This document shows, piece after piece, positions 36,390 through 48,949 of a stretch of DNA of 64,000 nt. Position numbers and translations under genes: made by a program. The notes beneath the pieces are model-generated. The model saw only the letters and a program-made list of their open reading frames with translations. It was not told the origin of the DNA and did no database searches. This stretch comes from Raillietiella orientalis (Eukaryota): the NCBI GenBank assembly GCA_036172245.1, contig JAYWIR010000066.1:1-64000 (forward strand). Direction: 5' to 3'. Every line of letters starts with the position of its first letter. Positions within the stretch are counted from its first letter, which is position 1.

Positions 36390-36975
36390 GCTACCTGAGG
36401 GTTGCGTGTCACTCAAGTTAAGGGGTACCCTGGGAGCGGACCATCCTATGAATCCAGGAAGGGCTCCGGAGGAAGTAGTCCTTTCCTCTTGCGCTTAGTA
36501 GGGGAACCCTGAAGAAAATCACCTCTTCCTTATTCTCTCCAGAATGTGTTCTGGAGGGGGACCACTCCTCATTTCTTCTCCAGAGGGATCCCCAGAAAGG
36601 ATCCGCTCCCTCCTTCCTCCTCTAAAGAGAATCCCAAAGGGACGCTTCCCAATTTCTTTGAAGGGCCTCTCTCCGAAGGGAGCAGATCACTTCTGACACT
36701 CTGGAAAGGCAGCCATCTCCGTGATACCCGACGGAAGGTCCATTTTCCACCACCGCAGGGGGATCCCGTAGGGCTCCCTGACGTCCTGGAGGGACCCCGG
36801 AAAGTCAGTTTCCAATCCCGGTCAGTAATCATCTCCATATCACATCTATTCTTCCTTCACAAAAACTTTCCTACAAACCCCCTAGGAACCAAAAGGAACC
36901 GACAAGAGCATCCGGCGATTCGAACCCGCGACTCCTGGCGCCACGCGCGCGGGGAGACTGCAGTCATACGGCCGC
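36390..36975 (-). mobile_element. tRNA-derived SINE, copy C (internally deleted or diverged)
   Basis: Plus-strand GATTCGAACCCGCGAC (B-box reverse complement) near 36917. Shares body blocks CCTATGAATCCAGGAAGG and AAAGGGACGCTTCC. Confidence 0.65.
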
Positions 36976-37589
36976 CTCGCGCGGACTTGTCCCAGAGCCT
37001 GCCACCGCTGATGATGACTCGAATCATCGTTTCCACGAGGGTGCAAAAAATCCACCGTTTGAAGTTAGTTGCCAAGCAATCCAATGACCATTTAATATTT
37101 TATTCACATTAATTGGTGATTTTATTAATTAGTTCGCATAAATTATTCACCATCTGCGGCGGTACTGTGTTTGTCGTCGCATGTGTCAACCGATGCCTCC
37201 TGATGGATGCCGAAGGGTTCCAGCGTGCAAGATGCAGAGGGCACAATCAGATCCCATCCTTACATCGTGCATGCGCTCCCTTACCATTATGGATCTCCCT
37301 GCTGCTCTTCTGCGATGCTTTTTTTTTCTTTCCCTGGTCTCCTCCGTACCATCAGCGTCAATTGGCATGTGGAAAATGCCGTTTCAGCCGCTTCCACTCC
37401 AGCGTGGGGACGAGACGTAGGCAAAACGTGACCACCTCAATGGAAGCTGGAACAGTTTCCGGGATAACCGTGAGGCACCACTTGGACCAGTTTGCGCAGC
37501 AGCGCAGTCTTGGGGGAGTCAGCTGATGCTGGAGCGTAAGCTGATGGAAATCCTTCTTTTCTGTCTTCGCAGTTCTTCAACACGGGTCC

Positions 37590-38330
37590 TCGCTATCCGA
37601 GGGTGGGTAATTCTTCAAGATATGGGGTACCCAGGGAGGGAACCGCCCTATGAATCCAGGAAGGACTCGGAGTCCTTTCCTCTCACGTCTGGGGAGGGAT
37701 TCCCGGAAATGGAGATCACCTCCACTCTGGTTGCCTCCGAAGGGGGATCCAGAAGAGAATCCTCCTTCCTTATTCTATCCGGAGGACCCCGGGGGGGGGG
37801 TCCGCGCTCCATTCTTTCTTCTCTGAAGGGAACCCGGAAAGGATTCCATCCTGAAATTCCTTCTCCGGAGTGATCCCCCGCAAGGGATCCGCTCCTGTTT
37901 ACTCCTCTGAAGAGAAGCCGGCAGGGACGCTTCCGAAATTCAGAAGGACGCAGCTTCCCCGAAGGGATAGTCTCGCTTCTCTGCACCCTCTGGATAGTTG
38001 GTGGCAACACACCTACTCCATCAGTACGACGCGGAGGGTCCCCCCGGAATGAGGTCCGCTCCTTCACAACCGGAGGGGAGCTCCCACTCTGTGATTCCTG
38101 GAAGGCCCCGGAGGTCGACTCCCATTTGTCCCGGCCCTCATAGGGGGTTTATCCGGTTTTAACCGCTAACAGTGCCGCACCCGGATGAATGTAGGCCGAC
38201 CAGCGTCATCTTGTGGGGTCAACTCAGAACCCACGACGCACTGCGTCGATTCCTTCGGAGTATTCGAACCCACGACGCATGGTGTTACGCGCGGAGGCCA
38301 CCGTAACCACACGGCCTCTGACGCGGGCGT
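37590..38330 (-). mobile_element. tRNA-derived SINE, copy D
   Basis: Its reverse complement aligns along its length with copy A, including the head CGCGTCAGAGGCCGTGTGGTTACGG...GGGTTCGAATACTC. Confidence 0.75.
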
Positions 38331-38699
38331 ATGAGCACAGATGAAGTAGCTCGGTGCGTTCCACACCAGCGCACTCATCTTCTACCACGGCGTTTTCACG
38401 AGCATCTGACATGTCTGCCAGCCCTTCTGTCAAAGGTCATTTCTGCGAACAGGGTCAAGCGTTGCCGCCGCTGAAACGCCTGTTGCATGAAGTCCTCTGG
38501 AGCGTGTCCGCGAGTCGAAACTGCACGCGTTCGCAAGGTGCTGGACCGAAGAACGCACCGAGCTGATTCCTAGGCTAGTGGGGCCAGGAAAAAGTCATTT
38601 CTTGTGCGTACTTTTCCTTTTTTTTTTTTTCCCTGTTGTTCTGACTAGTTGAGTCAGTTTGTGCACAAACAAACAGACCTATTTTAAGCTAGAAAGGGA

Positions 38700-39440
38700 A
38701 TTTACGTAAATGCAAGAGTAAAGGGTGCGTGGAACCAGTTCTCCGTAGGCGTGGTCCCAAGAAGCTGCTCATCGCTACGGGGCTGACATACTCAACCTGT
38801 TGGTGATAGGGACAGCGCTCTGGAGGAGTGACCCACCGCCGGACACCCAGGACAACCTCCTGATATTCTATCATGGAGGAATCCTGAGCGGGTCCAGGAT
38901 GAAACATAGGAGCAAAAGAAGACGAGGACTGCAGGGCATGTGGGGATTTGCACACAAGAGTTCATATCTTGATCTTCCCCACACTACATCCATACTGGCA
39001 GACTCTGAAAAGAATCACAGGGTTGCAGACCTATTCGCCAACGGAAGTCGTGACCGAGACATTTCAAGGAAGCAGTAACGTCCCTTACTACAATCCCATG
39101 GTTAGGACGACCATTACCCTGTTTATTACGGCCATCCTAGTCAGATGGTGGAAGATGAGGACCAGTGGAACAGCCGTATCCCCCATGGAAATCCCATGAA
39201 AGGGATTATCCGAAAAGAGATCGGCATACGGAACTGTGGTGACATGGACATTCCGATATATCCTGAAAAGGATTGGGGTCAATGTCCCAACCCACCCAAA
39301 CCCACCCTAGTGCAGAACCTAAGTAAACTTTATTGGAAAAATAATAATGAACTTTGTTCGAAGTGGAATGAATGAGTTCAAAGAGTGGATGCAAAAAGAA
39401 ATAAAATTACCCCACCCTAGTGGGATTGGGAAAAAAGCAA
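38700..39440 (+). mobile_element. Decayed non-LTR retrotransposon 3' region (second subfamily)
   Basis: CRACGDLHTRVHILI zinc-finger remnant. KEIGIRNCG is shared with about 51915-51945. Confidence 0.5.
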
Positions 39441-39452
39441 AATGAAAATGCA

Positions 39453-39772
<320 letters not shown>

Positions 39773-41021
39773 AAAGAGATTTTATATATATATATAAAAC
39801 AGGTCGTAAGCAAGTTTTACTGTAACTGTCAATGTTGGTAACCCTGGTTACCATTTGTTTTTGCTTTGATGTAAGCATATATGTATATATAGTAAAAAAA
39901 AAAGCGATGCGAGCTGTTAGTGCAGATCGAGGGCAAAATGGAAATGCTGCCGATTGAAGAATCTTCTTGGAATCTTTGGGCTGACTCCCGCTGGTACAGA
40001 ACACCCGACACGAAGGGCGAGGTTATGGAAACGAAACGTGCCTCCTGTGGAAAAAATAACTCTGGCACGCTGAGGAGATGGCGAAGGTGGACTTGGGCTC
40101 CAGCTGCAGGTTGCCGTTCGCCTCCATCAAGGCATTACGCCTGACGTCAGGGTTCCTTTGAGACGAGGCGCTCGTTGGCACGCAGTGGTGGCGCGCCGGC
40201 TGAGTTTGCGGATCCGGGATTTCGGCTTTTTTTGCCCACAGCGGCGTGCAGGCGAGGAAGAAAGCAGCAGCCTTGGAAATTGAGCAGATCACCATCAGGA
40301 AGTCTTTCCTTTTTTCCAGTTCCAAGATGTCTTGGCAGTACCAGTTGAAATCGTAACTATGATGGCTGCACGTCTGGATTCAAGTGGCCCATTCCGGCGA
40401 TGGGGTGACCGCTGCCATATTGCAGAGCCAGAAGATCGCAACGGCCAGTTCCAGGATCCCAGAAAGCATTCGCGCACGGTGGGTCTTCAGGTGGACGAAT
40501 GACATCCATCTCTCCATTCCCGGTTTTTCCTCTCTTCCTCTTTTTTTTTTTACTCGGCCACATTCATTTGGCCACTTGTTTGAACTTTTTAGGATCGAAT
40601 TACAGTGCTTGGTTGCCGAGAGCCCGTGTCCTTGCGTTTCCCAGACTGACCATGGCACTTTCGGTGCCGTCCTCTGGATCCGGTGGTGCTTGCGCCATCA
40701 TGATGAGCTGCATGCCTCCACTCGTAAAGGACGGTAAGCAGAGCGCCGGGGACGCGATTCTGCTCTGCCCGGCGCGCTGATGTGATGATGGAGCTGCTAT
40801 TTGGAAAACTGACACTTAATGACCCCATGGCAGGAATTTCGGGCATGCAGAACGCCATCCAGAGCGAACTGGGATGTCCTGCAGTGGCCATCGAAATCCC
40901 CAATGCCGAAATCTCGAAATATATGTTTATTACATATATTGATACATACATGTAGGCTCAGATTAATAGATATTATACAGATTAGAAAAATAGGTACATG
41001 GGCTTATTGTGTACATTGATG

Positions 41022-43872
41022 TATATATATTTATATATAGATTAATGTGCAAACTTATTCGGGCATACATATGTATTAATAATTATTAGCATGCTTGTTA
41101 TTAATCAAATGAATAATGACATCGATATATTATTAATAGATGTTTAAGATTATAAAAAATAAGTACATATGTTTATTAAATGCATTAACATGTATTTAAA
41201 TATATAATAGCTACACATTAAACGAATGTATGAATACCGGATTATAAAAAATAAAAAACAATGGCAACAAGGAAAACATAATGGAAGAAAATAAAGAAGC
41301 AAAAAAGGAAAATTCAGCATATGAAAACGTGGACGGCTTCGCTTGGTCCAGGAGCAGTTTGGAATTTTCAGGAAGAGCCGGCAGTCCGCATCGGCAAAAG
41401 GATTCCTGGAGTCAGCACGAGGGGGGAAAATGTCCTCCTTGGTAAGGGAAACGCGAGAAGGCAGGTGCAGGAGCACCCGGAGCAAAAGACGTGCCCACGA
41501 CTGCGCAGCTCCTCCAGCTACCTCCTCACAAATGGGGACCACCCGAGATCTGCGGACTGCAGGCTCATCCACGCTGCAAGGAGGAAGCTGATTCCCGTAA
41601 GGAGAGCAGCCAGGAGAAGGGAAGCTGATCGCTCACGGAGTCGTCGTGGCTTGTGGGACGAGTCGCTGGCTCACGTAACGAGTCACTGCTTGAGGCACCC
41701 TTGTCTGCACGCGGCCATGCATGACGCGACTGTGCACGAGATCAAAACAGCCAGAAGGAAGCTGGCGTGGGAGGATCAGCGCGTCCCTGGTCTTGCTTGA
41801 ACTCGGAGGCCAGGCCACAAGATGGCGGTTCCGGGCGGAGCTCGGCCCTTTGAGAAGGGAGAGGGAGCCTTCCGCATCGCCAGGAACGAGGAAGCGCCCA
41901 AACACCGACATGTGTTGTCAACTAGCAATCCGAGAAAGGAATCCATGTCAATATATCTATATATGGCCATCGTCACTGGACCTCTGCAACCCCGGCAGCG
42001 AAGCCGTCCTCCGAGCTCTGGCTGTCCCGCGGGCGTGCCACGGGACGCATAAGAAGGAGCTCGTGGTTGCCTCGTGCATTCGCCACGCGCAGCATCTGCT
42101 GGAGGACACGCCGGCTTGGGCGACTAAGGCCGAGACCACCTCACGGGATCACCCGGTCACGTCCGGAGCTCCCGCTTGGTACAAGGGGGGAAAAGACAAT
42201 TTGGTAACGCAATTTCCCGAAACAAAAAGGGATGAGGGAGTGGGGATGTGAAAGGCATCTTTGGTTGTAGCCTTTCTTCTTTGCTAAGTGCAGGGGTGGA
42301 ATGCTGACGAGGTGAGGGCGCCTCGCAGCTGCCCTTACGTAGGCAACTGCCATGAGGGTGGCGCCTCCCTCCTCTGTGCCAGCCGAGACGCCAGCTCGTG
42401 GCGATGATGGCGGCGCGGATGCAACCGCCCATCGTCGCGAGAGCTGCGCCAGTCGAGAGTCCGCCGCCCTCGAAGAATCTCCGCAGCAGGTCCTTGGCAG
42501 TGTCCTCCTGGTGCGGGAGCGATTCGATCGCCCCGTGCATGAGGCAGTTCGCAGATGCGGCCCCCCGCGAAACGGGGCGTCGGCGCTCGCTGGTCGCACT
42601 GGAACGGACCCGGTTCAGGGACAGCAGGACATCCAGCTGCTTCCACGTCAGGGGCAGGGGACCACAACTTCTTCTGGGGACGCATTCGGCAGTCCTTGCC
42701 ACCGAAAGAGTCCCTTCGCCCGGCAACGAGGAGTGGCGGCGTTCACCAACTCGCTCGTCTTGCAGCCGTCCAGGAATTTCGTCTCCCCTCCCCGCAGTGA
42801 TGCAAAGGAAACTCCCACCACGCCCTCTGGTGGGCGACCGTCGCTGCTTGCCCTGAAGGCAGACAGTGCCGCGGCAAGGGGCGTGGCGGCCAGGCGGGCC
42901 CGCTTCTCGCAGTCGTGCAGGGCCTGTCCAGGCGGAAGGACGAGAGGAAGACGCAGGGACCGAAGTTCGTCCGGGAGAATTCCCGAAGTGAAAGCCTGGG
43001 TCACAACCTCATCCTGTCCCCGGTCATTCGAGTTCAGTGGGGCGATTGAATGAGTTGACTCCGCGGGGAGCCAAATCCGTAGCGGCAGCAGCGGTAGAAG
43101 TCCTTCGCTGCCGGCTCTGCGCCGAAGGGTGGAGGCCCCACGGGGCAGCCCGTAATTGGGCACCGAGCGCCAGGAAGTGGGCCTGCAACCCGAGTTTTCC
43201 CAGCTCCGGGATACCCGAGCCGTCGTCCAGACGCGGCGAAACCAAGGGCAGCTCGTGGACGGAGAGGAAGACGTCTCCGGAACGCAGCCCACAGGAGGTG
43301 CAACCTGCTGTGGCACCCCTTGCAGCACAACTTCAGTGACCAGGAAGGAAGGAAGAGTGGAAGGTGCGATAGAGCCCCTCCCCTTCATTTGTATGATTGT
43401 AACTGTTAACTTTGAAAACAGAAGCAGGGGTGGATTACAGGCAGCTGCGTGTCGGAATTTCCCGCGCTATATATATATACATATATATATATATATCGAA
43501 TTATGAACACATGACATTTGTCAAACGATATGTGAAATCGCGAAAAGAAAATTCGTCACTTCCGGAGGAAGTGCCATCGTTGAGTGTTGGAAATGAATGC
43601 CAAATTTCTTTTTTGCTTTTCTTTCTTTCCGCTATTTTCAACTGTCGCCTTTGTTTATAATTTTTTATAAATCGTTATTTCTTTATTATTCATGTAATAG
43701 ACATTTATTATATATACAAATACATATCAAACACATATTTATTTTTATAATCTTTAACATATACGTATAAAGAATATATGTTCATGAACATTACTGCTTA
43801 TATTAATAAGCATGTTCATAAATATGTGCTAAAATGGATTTATATCTTAATCCATACGTAAATATATATATT
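41022..43872. repeat. Pair of ~300-bp AT-rich inverted repeats (41022-41322 and 43596-43872)
   Basis: Collinear blocks such as ATGTTTAAGATTATAAAAA, TTATAAAAAATAAAAAACAATGGCAACA and AAGCAAAAAAG recur, diverged, on the opposite strand in the right block. Confidence 0.75.
41330..43330. mobile_element. Two convergent decayed L1/Tx1-like ORF2 fragments (about 41330-42200 plus, about 42270-43330 minus)
   Basis: RPQDGGSG (plus) and VSPRLDDGSGIPEL (minus) match the IPRQDGG.G motif of the main copy. NCLMHGAIESLPH resembles the C-terminal CxxC..ES..H. Confidence 0.5.
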
Positions 43873-43949
43873 ACTCTATATAATATTTATTTTTGATCAC
43901 CTTTCGAGATTGCGGGGTTCGGGGATTTGAACCCAATCCACCATCATGA

Positions 43950-45450
43950 GATGACGGGAAAAAGCATGCGTTTGCTTAGGGCGCTCTTCCAAACGCCTCC
44001 CCATTTTCGGCAATCGGACGTGGGACAGGATTCCAGGCAGTCGAAGATGGGACTGTTACTGTTTCTGGGGAGTGCAGCCGTGCGCCCTTGGGTCAGATGA
44101 CCACCGTGAAGCGTGCACGGCTTCTCGAGTTCCCGAGGTGTCCTTTTATTCGAAAAAAATGGATCCCCGGTTTGCCTCCGCAGCTTCCAGTCCAGCGCCC
44201 GCATCCTGGCACTTCGGCGCGGGCATGCGCAGTTTCCATGGCGCCACGCGATCGGCCACGGGGCGTCCGTTGCCAGAGTCACAGCGCAGAGTCTCCGCAA
44301 GGTAGATGCCTCGGACTCGGAACCAGCTCCCAGCATTCCCTCCTCGCCTGCGTGGACCGCCGGCCTCGAGACATCCGGATCCAGCGTCTGCTGCACGCTC
44401 TCAAGCCGAGTTCATTTCCCTCGGAGGAGGTGAAAGGGCAACGGGACGTCGTTCGCGGGTACCTACTGTCACGTGATCCGCCGGCCGCGGCGAGCGCCAC
44501 GTGAACGGATCGAAGCAAACAAATGGGGGCACACCTGTCGGGGGCACATTCCCTCCTAGGTGGAAGTCCCGCAATGGGCGGACGGGCATCCCTCTTCCAG
44601 CGCTCAGGGGGTTCCCGTTGAAAACTCCCAGACCTTCTGATGACGGGCGTTCAGAAGGTAAATGGCCTGACGTCAGGCGACCGCGCGGAGTACCCTCGTG
44701 ACAGGCATGCCAGCTCGCTAGAAAAGCAGGGAACAGAGAAACAGCTTTGCGACAGGGTAGTCACGTAGGTCGCGGCAGGAACAGGCATTTTTTGGCCCGC
44801 CGGAGAGGGTCACAGACGATCGCCACAAAGCTGCTTTGTGCAGATCGTCAGCAGCTCAACGTGAGTTTCGCGCGGGCACCGTGAGCCGCGGGCCTCCGCC
44901 AACACAGGGAAAAGAGACACCTGTTGAACGAGCCGCGCCATCTCTGCGCTGGCGCCAATTTCAAGAGCACCCTGGAAGTCATCTGATGCTCCTGCGGGCG
45001 AGCAGAGAGGAACCGACGCCAAATGCGGTTTCCAGGGGACCATCCGCTGAAGAGGACTGCCCACGTGTTCACAGGCTCCTCCTCCGTGCTGTGTCCCTGG
45101 TGGCGCGAGCAAGGGGGAGCGAATGAACACCCTAGCCGATGAGCTGGTGTTCGCGGAGCGGGTCAGCATGCCCAGTCCCCGTGAGCACCCAAGCAGGCCT
45201 TCTCCGGAAATCCAGCGGACACTCCCAGCGTCCTTTCTCTTCCTCGCATCCCTTTGGCTCCGCGGTCGAAGATGGCGCTCACGACCGGAGGCAAGCAGCG
45301 AAGAGGGACGCGAGGAATTTTTATCGCGCGGCCATTGGCAGGGATCAATGCCTGCGGCGACCGCGCGGATCCCCAAAACGCGACTCTTCGAATGTGAAGG
45401 GCGTTCGAGATTTCTGCCCGCGGCCGCGACGGGGGCATCTGACCACGGGC
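43950..45450 (-). mobile_element. Highly decayed L1/Tx1-like RT fragment
   Basis: SAEMARLVQQVSL resembles AAELTPLVQQLTL, and TLSQSCFSVP resembles ISPEQTYAVP, of the main copy. Confidence 0.4.
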
Positions 45451-45461
45451 AGAAATCCAAT

Positions 45462-45562
45462 CGTCTTACTGAACCTGTTTTTACCGTTTCACTGAACCTA
45501 TTCCCACCGTCTTACTGGGTCTATCCTCATCCTCTTAGTGGGCCTATTTCCAACGTCTTACC
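45462..45562. repeat. 23-bp minisatellite, array 1 (about 4 units)
   Basis: Units of the form CGTCTTACTG(A/G)(A/G)CCTATT(C/T)(C/T)CA(C/T). Confidence 0.85.
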
Positions 45563-46870
45563 GCACCTCTAGCAGGCCGGCTTACAGAATCGAAAGTCAC
45601 AAAGAAAGGAGTACGGATGCCATGCGAAGAAGGCGGGGCACTGTTCGACAGGAAAGTCTCCTGGAGACCTTCCCCAGGGCAAGAGCCTCCCGGTTAAACA
45701 TGCTTTGATGAGAAATGGTGAATTGTGGCAGAGCTGAAAAATCTCCAGAAGCAGGCGAACCCCATATGAAAAGGGATGATGTGCTCGAAAGTGCAGTGTT
45801 CCCGCAATGCATGTCGGGGACACTGTGTGGGCGAGCGTCCTCGCCAGAGGGAGAAAATCGCGGGGGTGGAGAGGACGTAGAGGCAAAGAAGGTAGTGGAA
45901 ACTTACCCCCTTTGTTCTGCATCCATGACATCCGTTTTCAACGCCATTTTACTTATAAAACTTTGAATAAATTCAAGAGGCTGCGGTACAAACCGTGCGG
46001 AGACTCCTGGTCGCAGACGGTCTGCTGGATGTGGAAGAAGCGCGGCACTGGGAGAAAATATGGGTTGCTATAGGAGACACAACCATGAGAATTTTCAGAT
46101 GAGTCCCTGCAGGCACAGCAGAGCGGAAATGAAGGGGGAAAAAAAACACCCACATAGCAAAAGGGGAAGATCATACTGAAAATTGGGATGCAATTAAAGA
46201 AATTGCAGTCTTTCGTGAGGAAACTGATGAGATGGACTCCCTCAATCTGTCCGTGGCCAATGGAGATTCCAGCAGAGCTTCCAGTGTGACTGGCGGCACC
46301 TGAGACAGCATCGATTTCTCCAGCGAAAGCTTTCTCGAAGATGCGAATCTCGAACAAGAGGTTAAGACCAGGTTGATTCCATCTTCTGATCTTCGCTGAC
46401 TCCGTTGCCCCATTGTCTCATCGGCGAACCACTGTCACACCAGAGGATGCAAAACTCCATCTTCACTTCGGACCTGGGTGGATCTCGGCACTCCAATTAG
46501 CTCCAAAAAGTTTGGAAGATACGGGTCGAGATAAATGACAGGAAAAGTCCTGCCGATCACCATCGGAGGAGGAAAAGACAAAGCGCTTTCGCCGCTAGGG
46601 ACCGCTGCTGCTGTTGGCAAGATTCGGAAGCTGTAAGCTTGTGGGCGAGAGGTGGCGCTGTTACTACATCTTCTAATGGGACGATTACTGCTGCAGCTGT
46701 GGCTCTTGATAAGCGCATCCAGGATTGGTTTCTCCGCGAAATATTCACGCGGTCAAGTTGCCTGCACCACCTCCTTTTCTTCCGCCTCCTTCGATCTCGG
46801 AGAGAAGCAGGTGGTGATTCCAGAAGACGAGGTCCCAGGATCCTGGAAGCGGAGCCTCACATCTTGGGTT

Positions 46871-47078
46871 GTTTTACTGGGCCTATCCCCATCGTTTTAT
46901 TGAGCCCATCCCCATGGTCTAACTGAACCTATTCTTACCGTCTAACTGGGTCTATCTTCATCATCTCCCTGGGCCTATTCTCATCTTTTCACTTGACCTA
47001 TTCTCACCATCTTATTGGGCGTATTTCCATCGTCTTACTAAGCTTATCTCCATCACCGTTTCGCTGGGTCCGTTACCA
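46871..47078. repeat. 23-bp minisatellite, array 2 (about 9 units, same family and orientation as array 1)
   Basis: CGTCTAACTGGGTCTATCTTCAT, GGTCTAACTGAACCTATTCTTAC and similar units. Confidence 0.85.
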
Positions 47079-48949
47079 GGGGTTCTCTGGGCCCGCCAGC
47101 AAGCGGGCTTGGCCAGGAGACAAAGAGTTGAAGACTCGAGCCATGCACACCTCTCTCGCCCTTTCCTGGATTCAAACCAGCAAAGACGCGGACACGCTGC
47201 TGACCGGTCGTTACCTGGGGTCTCCCAGATCCATTGGGCTGCTTCGACTCTTCGATGTTGCTCCTCCCGCGCCATCCTTCTGGACGGAGAGCTGGAAGGA
47301 TGGCCTTTGGGGCTCTCCGTAAAGAAGCGTGGCGCCACCGATGAAAGAGTGCGCTCGGAACGAGGAACGCGACCAGCCGCTTTTCCACCACCGCGCAGGG
47401 ACTTCACTGTTGGGCCAAGGTGCATCCCTCCTCAGCGGAGGAAGACTACATGCATCCAAAACGAAGAGAAGCCGAGAGCTCACATCCAAAGAGGAGGAGA
47501 TGGAGGGAGGGGAGAAGACGCACAGAAACGGATGTTCGGGCAGCGGAGGCTGCAGAGTCCCAAGACGAACCGACGGGAATACGTTAGTGCTGGCAAGCGA
47601 TCCCGCGTTTCAGTCTCGTTGCTTGGGGGTAATTCGATTCCCGCGGTGGACTCGTTCCGTGCAGCATCTTTCCGCTACCGCTCCCAGCGCTGCTGTTCCC
47701 TCGCGCTGTCTTTGGCGGGTCCTGGCCGTTCGGCCCTTTCCTGTGCAGCCCGGAGGAGGCGTGGTATGGAAGAAGGCGATCCTCCCGGTTGTTTTTCCGG
47801 GTGCCCGCCCTTCCCTCCGCCTCTGCGCCCTGGCGTCGGAACCCGGTGGGCGTCCGCAGCGCGCTCCCTGTGGGTCTGATCCCGCCCCATCCGCCCCTCT
47901 CCCTCTGCTGCAAGGGCGCATTCCCACGCCCTTTTGCTGCATCCCGCCGGGAGTCTCGTGCTTCGCGCAAACGCGCGGTGCAGTCCTATCTCAGCTCAGT
48001 TGAAGCTGAGAGAGTCCATTCGGAACTGCCGGCGCGGTGGTGGTGGTGGGGGCCCGGGGAAATCCCCCCCAAAACGCTGCGGCCCTTTCTGGTTCTTCTC
48101 CTTCCCGTTCCTTAACCCATCTAGCGTTCTCAGGTGAGTGCAGGGAGTTTCAGACCGGAAGAGAGAGCACGCGCCGGCGCGAGCGTCTTCGCGCAGTGCT
48201 TCCTCACTCTCGGAAAATGGCGGCTGCATCCCCGGATGTCAGAGGGAGCGCGGGCTTTCAGAAAATCGACAACATGCGGCTTTTTTTCCCCCTTCTCTCT
48301 CCGTTATCCTTTCCTTCCTGGCCGAGTGCGTGCGTGCTCGAATCCCGGGGATGCCTCTTTGCCCGGAAATCTAATTACAGGTAAATCATCCCCGATGTCG
48401 ATGAAATTCTCGTATTGCATCGCAGAGAAGTTGTGTTTACCTCGTTCTTACGGATGTTTTGTTTTAATGAAAGATTCATAGCGAAAATCATGCACAGTCT
48501 CCTCCCTCCACCCTGCCACGGAAGGGGGGAGGAAATCGATTTTACTTCCGGCCTCATGAAAAATTAATTTCACTGCCAGTCAGCGCCATCTTTCAGAGAC
48601 ATAAGCAATGGGGTTGAGAAGGGGCGTGATGCTCACTTCTGCCGGATGGAGCGCCCCTGAGGATTGCTGTGCTCTGAGCGCGGCATGCACGAGATTTTGG
48701 CAGAACGGAAAAAATGGGGAGGGGAGAGGGAGGAGAGAAGTGACGAGCCGGCAACCGCCCGCATCGGCGGTGCTTCCAAGAGCTTTCAAACGACGACGCT
48801 AGATGGGACTCGCAAGGCCGTCTCGGACAGGTCTACGAGACCCACGCGATCATCTCCAGAGAAACAGCCCCTTCGCTGGGTTTCCTCCTGGAGAAGAAGA
48901 GCAAGGAAGGAATCGGTATGCTGGGAGAGAACGGCTCCCATATCCACTC

